Part shown: positions 28,660-38,023 of the stretch, in pieces
How positions within the stretch are numbered: position 1 is the first letter of the stretch
How the letters are laid out: each line of letters begins with the position of its first letter
Assembly: GCA_037969565.1 (NCBI GenBank)
Contig: JBBKXQ010000020.1
Span: 19,180-83,179, forward strand
Source: Acidimicrobiales bacterium
GTDB taxonomy: Bacteria; Actinomycetota; Acidimicrobiia; Acidimicrobiales; SZUA-35
Direction of reading: 5' to 3'
Length of the DNA: 64,000 bases
Notes under the pieces: model-generated
What the model was told of the DNA's origin: nothing
What the model saw: only the letters and a program-made list of their open reading frames with translations
Databases searched by the model: none
Position numbers and translations under genes: made by a program

Positions 28660-28907
28660 TTGATCTTCTCCCCTGATGACCTGGGTCTTGATCATCCGGC
28701 TTCAGGGGCCATTCGACAAGTCACAGATTGACCGAGAGCCGATGTGACAATTTTGGTTGCGGCGTCCAAGACGTCATTTCGGTCGACCTGCAGCGTTCAC
28801 GAGCGGCGGCCTTCGGGATCTACCACAATCAGGGTTTCCGCCGATCCACGAGGCGTCAATGCAATCCTTTCGACCGAACCGTCAGATTCAGAGAATGACC
28901 ACCGCCG

Positions 28908-31900
28908 GTGACTGACCGACCAATCAGCAGAATCGCGATCATCAACCGTGGTGAAGCCGCGGTCCGACTCATCCACGCCGTTGCCGAACTGAACCGTGAG
29001 ACCGACCATCAACTCACCACCATCGCCCTTCACACGTTCGCCGAACGCCGGGCGATGTTCGCCCGTATGGCTCATGAAACCCATCTGATCGCCTCGGATC
29101 GGATGAATCCCTACCTCGACTACGAGGTACTCGAACGGGCCCTGATCGCAACCGAGTCAGACGCGGCTTGGGTCGGATGGGGCTTCGTCGCCGAGCATCC
29201 CGAGTTCGTCGAGTTGTGCGACCGACTCGGCGTCACCTTCATCGGGCCTTCGGCCGACGTGATGCGATCGCTGGGCGACAAAATCGGGGCGAAAACGCTG
29301 GCCGAAACCGTCGGGGTACCGGTTGCTCCCTGGAGCGGAGGAAGTGTCGACTCCGTCGACGACGCCCGTCGCCATGCCGCCGACATCGGCTTTCCGTTGC
29401 TGATCAAGGCCACCGCCGGAGGCGGCGGTCGCGGTATTCGCCGAGTCGACCACGAGGACGAACTGGCCGGCGCCTTCGAACGGGCCAGCGACGAGGCCGA
29501 GAAGTCCTTTGGTGATCGAACGGTGTTCATGGAACATCTGGTCACCGGGGCGCGCCATGTCGAGGTCCAGATCGCGGCAGACGGCGTCGGCAACGCGTGG
29601 GCGCTCGGTGTGCGTGATTGCAGCATCCAACGACGCAACCAGAAGGTGCTCGAGGAATCATCGTCGCCGGTGTTGACGAGCGAGCAGAACGAAATGCTCG
29701 GCCGGGTGGCGATCGAACTCGTCGTTGCCGCCAACTATCAGAACGTCGGAACCGTCGAGTTCTTGTACGAGCCGAAGTCCCAGGCATTCTCGTTCCTCGA
29801 GGTGAACACTCGACTCCAGGTCGAACACCCGATCACCGAACTCACAACCGGGGTTGATCTGGTCAAGCTCCAGCTCCAGCTGGCCTCGGGCCTCCGCCTC
29901 GAAGGACCTCCCCCCGCAGTGAACGGTCACGCCATCGAGGCTCGACTCAACGCCGAAGACCCATCGTCGGGCTTTGCCCCAGCTTCCGGGGAAGTCATCG
30001 CCTTGAGATTTCCGTCCGGCCCCGGGGTCCGGGTCGATACCGGTATCAGCGAGGGTGATCGAATCCAGCCCGAGTACGACGCCATGGTGGCGAAGGTCAT
30101 GGCTTGGGGTCGCGACCGGGGCGAAGCTCGAGCTCGGCTGGTTCACGCACTCGAGGAAACGGTGGTTGCGATCGAAGGGGGCGCAACCAACAAGTCGTTC
30201 CTCCTGCACCTCCTCCACCGTCCCGAGGTGGTCGACGGAACAGCCGACACCGCATGGCTCGATCGACTCACCGCCGATGGATCCCATCTCGTCGAAGACC
30301 ATGCCGCGGTTGCCGTACTCGTTGCCGGAGCCGAGGCGTACCTCGAGGCCGCGGTGTACGCCCGAACCGCGTTCTTCGCCACCGCCGCTCGGGGTCGGCC
30401 GCGCTCGACCCATGAGCCAGTGACAACGGTCGACTGCCGGCTGAGGGGTGAGCAGTACCGACTCGCCATCCAGCGAGTGAGTCCTGACGTCTACCACTTC
30501 GAAGTCGACGGGAATCTGGTTTCGATGTCGATCGATCCGGTGAACGAGTGGGAGTCTCGGGTGCGGGTCGGCGGGCGTACGCACCGAATCATGTCGGTCA
30601 CCCAAGGCGGCGATCATCTCATCGAGGTCGACCACATCACCCACCGCGTGAGCCGCGACGACGCCGGACGAATTCGTTCGCCCTCGCCATCGCTGGTCAT
30701 CGCCGTGAACGTCGCTCCTGGGGACTCGGTCCGCAAGGGTGACACGCTCGTCGTCCTCGAGGCCATGAAGATGGAAACCGCAATCACGGCGCCGTTCGAC
30801 GGTGTGGTCGTGGAGGTCATGACCGGCCCCAGCATCCAGGTGGATGCCGGTGCGGTCCTCATCACCATCGAAGCGGGAGGTGACGAAGACGACCTACCGA
30901 CTCCGGGCAACCGGATCGGTTTCAGCACTCTGGTCGTCGATCAGCCGGCCGAACCGGTGCGGGAACAACACCTCAGGTTGCTCGAGGAGATTCGCTGGAC
31001 CGTCTTGGGTTTCGACACACAGCCGGGAGTGGTCAAGTCCTTGGCGGCACAGCTGCTGTCGGCCCAACAGGGCGGACAATCCGACGATCCCGAGATCATC
31101 GCCGCCCGTTTGCGTGTGCTCTCGGCCTTCAGCGACGTCAGTTCGTTGGCTCGTAACCGCCGCGTCGACCAATCAGGAGACGAGGAGGCCCACAATCCCA
31201 AGGAGTTCCTCCACAAATACCTTCGTTCGCTCGACATCGAGGCGGAAGGACTCCCCTCGTCATTCCGAACCAAGCTCGAGCGGGCGTTCGCCCACTATGG
31301 CGTCGACAGTCTGGATCACACCCTCGATCTCGAGAGGGCGGCGTTCCGGCTGTTCAACGCACAGCACGAGTCGGCCTCCCACGAACCGTTACTGGCCGCC
31401 GTTCTGCATGGCCTCCGTCTCGATCCGAACGATCTCAGCCCAGAAACCTCCACCGCAGTCCTGCGAACGCTCGACGAATTCGTTCCTACCACCGAGCTCC
31501 GCTTTCCGAATCTCGGCTCCGCCGCTCGCAACGTTCGTTACTTCACGTTCGAGCAACCGGCAGCCGCCGCTCGCAAGCGGGGGGTCCTCGATGAGATGCG
31601 TCGCCATCTCGAGTCGATGCGGTCGGGCGACGCAAACCCCGAGCACCTACGGGCGCTGGTCAATTGCCCCGAGGCGGTGGTCGAACTCCTGGCCGATGAC
31701 GGCGGATCGAGCGAGCGCCACGACCCCATCCTCGACGTGATGTTCGGCCGTCTCTACCGCGTGAAAACTCTTCACGACGTCGAGACCAGCAACATGCCGG
31801 CCAGTGACCTGCCGGCGAGCGACCGTGGGATCGACGGACGTTCGTTCATTGCCGCGGCCTACCGAACCGACGGGGAACTGCGTCACGTCGTCGCAACGAT

Positions 31901-34430
31901 TGCCGATCAATCCGACGCCGCAGAGCAACTCCGGCTGGCGCTGTCGCGAGGACACTCCCTCCCCGGCGACCATCCACTCTCGATCGACCTGTACTGCCGC
32001 TGGGATGGTTCGGTCACCGGATTCCATGCGGTCGGCGAGTGGTCGAAAGGCATCGTCGACGCCGCCGATACACCGGCGAACATTCGACGGATCACGTTCA
32101 CCGGCGCCGCGCCGAACGAAGGAGCCTTCCACTACACCTACCGACCCAGCCCCGAGCCGGCGGGCGGAACATTCGTCGAAGATCTGACCATTCGGCACTG
32201 CCACCCCATGATCGCCGCTCGATTGCAGCTCGACCGGTTCGAGAACTTCGAACTCTTCCGACTCCCGTCGCGCACGGGGGTCTATTCATTCAAAGCGGTC
32301 GGGCTCGACAATCCGCGAGACACTCGCCTCATCGCCGTCGCCGAGGTCCGAGATCTCACACCGAGTCGGGACGACGATGGAACCATCGTGAGCCTTCCCG
32401 CCACCGAGCGAGCGGTGTCGGCCTGCGCCAGTGCCATTCGCACGGCCCGGGTCGAACACGATCCGAATCAACGCCTCGCACTGAACCGAATCGTGCTGTA
32501 TGTCTGGCCTCCGTTCGACCTTCCCATCGAGGCGCTCGACACGGTTGCGGCCAGACTTTCATCCCTCACCGCAGGTCTCGGACTCGAGCAAGTCGAGGTG
32601 ATCGGCACCCTCGTCGAGAATGGGGTGACCCGTGAGGCCGTCGTGCGGTTCGGGTTCGACCCCGGAAACGGTCGCCGATTCGAGATCAACGAATGGTCGA
32701 GCGAACCGATTGCCGTACTCGACAGCTATCGGCAGAACATCATCGCCTCTCGCCAACGGGGTTCGATCTATCCGTACGAGTTGATCGACCGGCTGATCAG
32801 CGATGGCGGCTCATTCACCGAGTACGCGTTGACCGACGACAACTCGTTCGGGCCCATCGAACGCCCGAAGGGCTCCAACCAGGCGGGTTTCGTGTGTGGA
32901 GTCATCAACACGCCCACCGATCGGCACGACCACGGCATGACTCGCGTGCTGTTACTCGGCGACCCGACGAAAGGTTTGGCTTCGATCGCGGAAGCCGAGT
33001 GCCGCACCGTGGTCGGCGCCTGCGATCTGGCCGATGAACTCGACGTTCCGGTCGAGTGGTATGCCGTGTCGGCCGGCGCCCGCATCTCGATGGACACCGG
33101 CACCGAGAGCATGGACTGGATCTCGATCGCCCTCAGGCGAATCATCGAGTTCACCCAGAACGGCGGCGAGATGAACATCATCGTCACCGGCATCAACGTC
33201 GGGGCCCAGCCCTACTTCAATGCCGAAGCCACGATGCTCATGCACACGAAGGGGATCCTCATCATGACCCCCGACAGTGCCATGGTGCTCACGGGCAAAC
33301 AATCGCTCGACTATTCCGGTGGGGTCTCGGCCGAGGACAACTTCGGTCTCGGCGGCTACGACCGAATCATGGGGCCCAACGGGCAGGCTCAGTATTGGGC
33401 TCCCGACCTCGACGCCGCCTGCGAGATCATGCGACGCCATAACGAGCACGCCCACGTGCTTCCCGGCGAGCGATTTCCTCGGCGGGCCAAGACCACTGAT
33501 GATCCCGATCGCGATGTCAGCACCGCCATCCACGACGGCGATGAATTCCGGACGGTCGGCGAAGTCTTCTCCGAATCGACCAACCCCGGCCGCAAGAAGC
33601 CATTCGACATTCGTTCGATCATGCGGGCCGTCATCGACGCCGACCAGGAACCCATGGAGCGGTGGGCCGACATGCGTGATGCCGACACGGGTGTGGTCTT
33701 CGAAGCTCATCTCGGTGGCTACCCCGTCATGTTGCTCGGCATTTCGTCTCGCGCCATTCCCCGCACTGGCCTGTTGCCTGCTGACGGCCCGGATCAATGG
33801 ACGTCCGGCACCCTCTTCCCGATGTCGTCGAAGAAGATCGCCCGCGCCATCAACAGCGCAAGCGGGAGTCGACCAGTCGTGGTCCTCGCCAACCTCTCCG
33901 GCTTCGACGGCTCGCCCGAATCGCTGGCGAAATGGCAGTTGGAATACGGCGCCGAGATCGGTCGGGCCATCACCAACTTCGACGGACCAATCGTGTTCTG
34001 TGTGGTGTCGCGTTATCACGGAGGAGCCTTCGTCGTGTTCTCCAAGGTTCTCAACGACAACATGGAAGCGCTGGCCGTCGAGGGCACGTTTGCATCGGTC
34101 CTCGGGGGTGCCCCGGCTGCGGCCGTGGTGTTCACGCGTGAAGTCGATCAACGCACCGACGCCGACCCGCGAATCGTCGAATTGCGGGCCACGATTGCCG
34201 CCGCCCACGGATCCGAGCAGGCCGAGCTACGAGCCGAATTACACGAGCTCAGGATCTCGGTTCGGGCCGAGAAACTGGGCGAGAAGGCGGCCGAATTCGA
34301 CGCCGTTCACACCGTGCAGCGAGCCCGCGATCAAGGCTCGGTTGATGCCATCATTCCGTCGGCCCGGTTGCGTCCGGAACTCATCGCATCGCTCGAACGA
34401 GGAATCGCCCGAACGCTCGATCGAACGTGA
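28908..34430 (+). CDS. single-chain multidomain biotin-dependent acyl-CoA carboxylase (BC - BCCP - central region - CT)
   Basis: 1840 aa. N-terminal biotin carboxylase (ATP-grasp). Biotinyl motif VLEAMKMET (Lys codon 30768-30770). C-terminal about 700 aa is carboxyltransferase-like (eukaryote-ACC-like). GTG start. Confidence 0.9.
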   Translation: MTDRPISRIAIINRGEAAVRLIHAVAELNRETDHQLTTIALHTFAERRAMFARMAHETHLIASDRMNPYLDYEVLERALIATESDAAWVGWGFVAEHPEFVELCDRLGVTFIGPSADVMRSLGDKIGAKTLAETVGVPVAPWSGGSVDSVDDARRHAADIGFPLLIKATAGGGGRGIRRVDHEDELAGAFERASDEAEKSFGDRTVFMEHLVTGARHVEVQIAADGVGNAWALGVRDCSIQRRNQKVLEESSSPVLTSEQNEMLGRVAIELVVAANYQNVGTVEFLYEPKSQAFSFLEVNTRLQVEHPITELTTGVDLVKLQLQLASGLRLEGPPPAVNGHAIEARLNAEDPSSGFAPASGEVIALRFPSGPGVRVDTGISEGDRIQPEYDAMVAKVMAWGRDRGEARARLVHALEETVVAIEGGATNKSFLLHLLHRPEVVDGTADTAWLDRLTADGSHLVEDHAAVAVLVAGAEAYLEAAVYARTAFFATAARGRPRSTHEPVTTVDCRLRGEQYRLAIQRVSPDVYHFEVDGNLVSMSIDPVNEWESRVRVGGRTHRIMSVTQGGDHLIEVDHITHRVSRDDAGRIRSPSPSLVIAVNVAPGDSVRKGDTLVVLEAMKMETAITAPFDGVVVEVMTGPSIQVDAGAVLITIEAGGDEDDLPTPGNRIGFSTLVVDQPAEPVREQHLRLLEEIRWTVLGFDTQPGVVKSLAAQLLSAQQGGQSDDPEIIAARLRVLSAFSDVSSLARNRRVDQSGDEEAHNPKEFLHKYLRSLDIEAEGLPSSFRTKLERAFAHYGVDSLDHTLDLERAAFRLFNAQHESASHEPLLAAVLHGLRLDPNDLSPETSTAVLRTLDEFVPTTELRFPNLGSAARNVRYFTFEQPAAAARKRGVLDEMRRHLESMRSGDANPEHLRALVNCPEAVVELLADDGGSSERHDPILDVMFGRLYRVKTLHDVETSNMPASDLPASDRGIDGRSFIAAAYRTDGELRHVVATIADQSDAAEQLRLALSRGHSLPGDHPLSIDLYCRWDGSVTGFHAVGEWSKGIVDAADTPANIRRITFTGAAPNEGAFHYTYRPSPEPAGGTFVEDLTIRHCHPMIAARLQLDRFENFELFRLPSRTGVYSFKAVGLDNPRDTRLIAVAEVRDLTPSRDDDGTIVSLPATERAVSACASAIRTARVEHDPNQRLALNRIVLYVWPPFDLPIEALDTVAARLSSLTAGLGLEQVEVIGTLVENGVTREAVVRFGFDPGNGRRFEINEWSSEPIAVLDSYRQNIIASRQRGSIYPYELIDRLISDGGSFTEYALTDDNSFGPIERPKGSNQAGFVCGVINTPTDRHDHGMTRVLLLGDPTKGLASIAEAECRTVVGACDLADELDVPVEWYAVSAGARISMDTGTESMDWISIALRRIIEFTQNGGEMNIIVTGINVGAQPYFNAEATMLMHTKGILIMTPDSAMVLTGKQSLDYSGGVSAEDNFGLGGYDRIMGPNGQAQYWAPDLDAACEIMRRHNEHAHVLPGERFPRRAKTTDDPDRDVSTAIHDGDEFRTVGEVFSESTNPGRKKPFDIRSIMRAVIDADQEPMERWADMRDADTGVVFEAHLGGYPVMLLGISSRAIPRTGLLPADGPDQWTSGTLFPMSSKKIARAINSASGSRPVVVLANLSGFDGSPESLAKWQLEYGAEIGRAITNFDGPIVFCVVSRYHGGAFVVFSKVLNDNMEALAVEGTFASVLGGAPAAAVVFTREVDQRTDADPRIVELRATIAAAHGSEQAELRAELHELRISVRAEKLGEKAAEFDAVHTVQRARDQGSVDAIIPSARLRPELIASLERGIARTLDRT

Positions 34431-34446
34431 AGGCGCCAGGGGTCAC

Positions 34447-35217
34447 CTAGGCCATCGTCAGACCACCGGAAACCGACAACGTCTGACCGGTGACGAAGCC
34501 GGCCTGCTCCGAAGCGAAGTAGACGACCGCGGATGCAACTTCGTCCGGTTGGCCCAGACGTTTCATCGGGACGGCTCGGGCCATGGCACCGATGACTCGC
34601 TCTCCGTCGTCGCTGGCAGCCACGATCCCATCCAACAACGGCGTGTCGGTCGGGCCGGGGCAGACGACGTTGGCTGTGACCCCGTTGCGGGCCGCCTCCC
34701 GGGCAATCGTTTTGGTGAACGAGATCACGCCACCTTTGGCTCCCGAATAGACCGCCTCCATCGACGAACCGACGCGGGCGGCGTCGGAGCTGACATTGAC
34801 GACTCTCCCCCAGCCCGATTCGATCATCGAAGGTAGGCAGGCTTGGGTTGTGCGCAACATGCCCTTGAAGTTGATGTCGATCACGCGCTCCCAGAACTCC
34901 TCGTCGGTGTCGAGGAAGGGCTTGAGTTCATCCCAGCCGGCGCAATTCACCAGGATCTCGATCGGACCCAACTCATCGTTCACGAGGCGGCATCCGGCGG
35001 CGACCGAATGGGCGCTGGTGATGTCCATCGGCACCGAGATGGCCACGCCTCCGGCCGCAGTGATCTGATTCACGGTCTGCGCCGCGCCATCGACGTCGAT
35101 GTCGGCCGCGGCCACCGCCCGCCCGTCGGCGGCCAGAGCCAGACAAATCTGTCGACCGATTCCGCTGCCCCCACCCGTGACCAGGGCGACCCGCTTGCGT
35201 TTCGTGGTCTCGGTCAT
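34447..35217 (-). CDS. SDR-family oxidoreductase (FabG-like)
   Basis: TGGGSGIG cofactor motif and YSGAKGG catalytic motif. ATG 35217 forms an ATGA overlap with the upstream stop. Confidence 0.88.
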   Translation of the reverse strand: MTETTKRKRVALVTGGGSGIGRQICLALAADGRAVAAADIDVDGAAQTVNQITAAGGVAISVPMDITSAHSVAAGCRLVNDELGPIEILVNCAGWDELKPFLDTDEEFWERVIDINFKGMLRTTQACLPSMIESGWGRVVNVSSDAARVGSSMEAVYSGAKGGVISFTKTIAREAARNGVTANVVCPGPTDTPLLDGIVAASDDGERVIGAMARAVPMKRLGQPDEVASAVVYFASEQAGFVTGQTLSVSGGLTMA

Positions 35218-36245
35218 CGGACGGCCCTCACGGCTGTCGCGACCTCGCCCCATTTGGCCAGTTGAGCGGGATCGCTCCGCATCTGGGATTCACCCAAATA
35301 CATCACGACACGACTCGCCGTGCCCCGGTAACGATCATCGAGTTTCTCGGCCATGGTGTCCCACGGGGCAATGACGGCGAAGGAGTCGAGCATCTCATCG
35401 GTGATGAGTTCGGCCATTCCGGTGAGGTCGCCGGCCTTCATCTTTTCTCGAATTCTTCCGGTCGTTCCCTCGTAACCCAGATCGTCGAACTGGAAGGCGT
35501 AATTGGGTGTACTCCCATAGAACGCAATCTGCTGCTTGGCCCGAGCGATGTAGGGCGCCCGTTCTTCCGCCGTGTCTCCCGGGCAGGCGAAAACCGGCAC
35601 GATCAGTTCGATCTCGGCAACATCGCGGCCACCTCTCGCCGCCCCGACGGCAACGTCGGGGAGTAGGCGGTTTTGAATGTACGGCAGCGAGTGAAGCGGG
35701 TGGACGTGCACGCCGTCGGCAACCTCACCGGCAACGCGCGTCATCAACGGTCCGACCGCCGACATGTCGACCTTCATCTCGAAATCGTGCGGTCGGGGTG
35801 CCCACTCATCAGGAAGAAGATCGAGGCTGTAGAACTCCCCTTCGTAGCTCAGTTTCTCCTCCCGGCTGAACGCCCGAAAGCACGCCTTGACCGCAAGCAC
35901 GTAGTCGCGCATGCGAGCCGCAGGCCGGTCGTATTCGGCGCCGTATCGCCTGACGATGTGGGCCTTCACCTGGCTTCCGAGACCCAGCCGAAACCGTCCC
36001 TCGGTGTTGCCTGCGATCTCATGCGCAATCGCGGCCGACACCATCGGGCTCCGAGGAAACGCAACGGCGATCCCGGTGGTGAAGAACAGTTCGGGGGCAG
36101 CCAACGCGGCAGCAGTGATCTGCATCCAAGGCACCTGACTCGTCTCGGTGTAGAGCATTCCGGAGAATCCGGCGCTCTGGAGCTTCACCGCGAGATCTTC
36201 AGCTCCCTTCCAGGTCGATGACCCCGTCATCAGATCGATCTCCAT
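35214..36245 (-). CDS. luciferase-like (LLM class) oxidoreductase, probably F420-dependent
   Basis: 343-aa TIM-barrel LLM pattern (RFRLGLGSQVKAHIVRRYG...). ATG 36245 with GGAGG 5 nt upstream. Track starts at 36263 and 36278 are alternatives. Confidence 0.8.
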   Translation of the reverse strand: MEIDLMTGSSTWKGAEDLAVKLQSAGFSGMLYTETSQVPWMQITAAALAAPELFFTTGIAVAFPRSPMVSAAIAHEIAGNTEGRFRLGLGSQVKAHIVRRYGAEYDRPAARMRDYVLAVKACFRAFSREEKLSYEGEFYSLDLLPDEWAPRPHDFEMKVDMSAVGPLMTRVAGEVADGVHVHPLHSLPYIQNRLLPDVAVGAARGGRDVAEIELIVPVFACPGDTAEERAPYIARAKQQIAFYGSTPNYAFQFDDLGYEGTTGRIREKMKAGDLTGMAELITDEMLDSFAVIAPWDTMAEKLDDRYRGTASRVVMYLGESQMRSDPAQLAKWGEVATAVRAVR

Positions 36246-36696
36246 CGTGACCTCCGTGTTCATGTCCGGGTTGGACAATGCACCGATTCTGGTGTCTGGC
36301 GCAAAGCCAACGACATGTTGACCAGAGTCACACCCGTTGTGTCAGCGAACCCACAGATCGATCTCACAGATCGGAGCATGCTGACGACCGGCATCAACTC
36401 GTTCGAGGAGCAAGCGGCATGACAACGATCCGGGGACACCACCATTCGCTCACGGGCATCAGCATCGGTTCGGGGTTCGGAGCGAAATCTCGGGGCCGCT
36501 CCATTCGAGGAACCTGGCGAGCGCTCGGCGAGAAAGCGCACCTGCGCTGGCTGGCCGTTCGTGAAACGAGGAGGCAGAAGTCTGCGCTCCGCCACGACGT
36601 GTTCGCCGACTTCCATCGTGCGGGTCCGGGCGGGGTGATGAACGGCGGCCGGCCGGTCGGACGGATCGACGGATACCGACACACCAACCGTTGACC

Positions 36697-37476
36697 TCAG
36701 TCCGAGAAGCTCGCTCGGACGCTGCCGAGCCCGCTGATCGTGGCAATCACGGAATCGCCGGCCTTCACGCCGACCATGGGTCCGAGGGCACCCGTGAGGA
36801 CGATGTCACCCGCTCTGAGGGGGGTGCCGATCCGAACGAGTGTGTTGGCCAGCCAAACCGCAGCGTTCAACGGATTCTGCAGGCAAGCCGCTCCGTTGCC
36901 CCACGACGCTCGTTCGCCGTTGAGTTCCATCGTCATCGCCACCTCACGCAGATCGACATCACCAAGGGAAACCGGACGGCTTCCCACCACGTAGAGCGCC
37001 GAACTGCCGTTGTCGGCGATCGTGTCGGTGATCCTGATGTCCCAGTTGGCGATGCGAGAGTCGACGATCTCGAGCGCAGGCAAGACGTAACCGGTGGCAT
37101 TGATGATGTCGATGACGTTGAGTTCCGCCTCGTCGAGATCGTCGTCGAGGACGAGCGCAACTTCTGCTTCGACTCGGGGTTGGAGCAGCCGACTGAAGGG
37201 GACCTCCACGCCGTCCGCATAGGCCATATCGCTGAACAGTGTTCCGAAGTCGGGCTGATCGACACCGAGTTGTTGCTGGACCGCTGGATTGGTGAGACCG
37301 ACCTTTCGCCCGACGATGCGTCGTCCGCTTGCGACATCGGCTGCGACGTTCGTGCTCTGCACCGCATAGGCCGCTTCGAGATCTTCGACCGGAATCAGAT
37401 CGCGAATTGGTTCGCACGGAACGCGGTCGACAGAAGCCCGGCGGAGACGGTCGGCTGCATCTTGGATCGAGGTCAC
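36697..37476 (-). CDS. 2-keto-4-pentenoate hydratase family protein (MhpD/HpcG-like)
   Basis: 259 aa. GRKVGLTNPAVQQQLGVDQPDFG motif and C-terminal FAH-type fold. GTG start. Confidence 0.85.
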   Translation of the reverse strand: MTSIQDAADRLRRASVDRVPCEPIRDLIPVEDLEAAYAVQSTNVAADVASGRRIVGRKVGLTNPAVQQQLGVDQPDFGTLFSDMAYADGVEVPFSRLLQPRVEAEVALVLDDDLDEAELNVIDIINATGYVLPALEIVDSRIANWDIRITDTIADNGSSALYVVGSRPVSLGDVDLREVAMTMELNGERASWGNGAACLQNPLNAAVWLANTLVRIGTPLRAGDIVLTGALGPMVGVKAGDSVIATISGLGSVRASFSD

Positions 37477-37587
37477 GCGGGCACAGTAGCCATCATGGAA
37501 TCGGCCGGTGAACCAAGCGGGCGCGAACGCGGCTGGTCATCTAGTCTCCGGGCGTTCACGATCCGAATCTTCGAGGGACGACCAACC

Positions 37588-38010
37588 ATGCACCTGCACA
37601 AGAAAAATGACATTGCGGCAACGCTTCCGATCTTCGCCGACCTCTCGAAGGCCGACCTGCGCAAAGTCACCGCGTTGATGACACCGGTCGACCTGAAAGC
37701 CGGTCAGCAGTTCATCAAGGAGGGCACGCCAGGCCGCGAGGCGTTCTTCATCATCGATGGGAACGCCACCGTCCGCCGCGGGGGACGAGTGCTGGCCACG
37801 CTCGGCCCCGGTGACGTCATCGGCGAGATGTCGGTCCTTGCCGGCACGCCACGCTCGGCATCGGTCACAGCCGAAACCCCAATGCGGGTCGAAGTACTGA
37901 ACCGCCGCGAATTCTCGGCTCTCCTCGACGAGGTGCCCGGATTGGCAAAGAAGATCATGACGGCGGTCATCAAACGGCTGCACGAACTCGAACCGAACCT
38001 TGCCGGCTGA
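37588..38010 (+). CDS. stand-alone cyclic-nucleotide-binding (CNB) domain protein
   Basis: 140 aa. FADLSKADL...GDVIGEMSVLAGTPRSASVTAETP. Paralogous to 6141-6572. ATG 37588 with GAGGGA upstream. Confidence 0.8.
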   Translation: MHLHKKNDIAATLPIFADLSKADLRKVTALMTPVDLKAGQQFIKEGTPGREAFFIIDGNATVRRGGRVLATLGPGDVIGEMSVLAGTPRSASVTAETPMRVEVLNRREFSALLDEVPGLAKKIMTAVIKRLHELEPNLAG

Positions 38011-38023
38011 TTTCGCCGTTCCG

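Noticed and set aside
28797-29084. 95-aa minus-strand ORF overlapping the carboxylase start.
   Set aside because: It overlaps the strongly supported biotin carboxylase N-terminus and has no recognisable motif.
36278-36694. 138-aa plus-strand ORF in the 451-bp gap.
   Set aside because: The product is highly basic and low-complexity, with no SD and no homology I recognise. It is reported only as part of the unassigned-gap finding.
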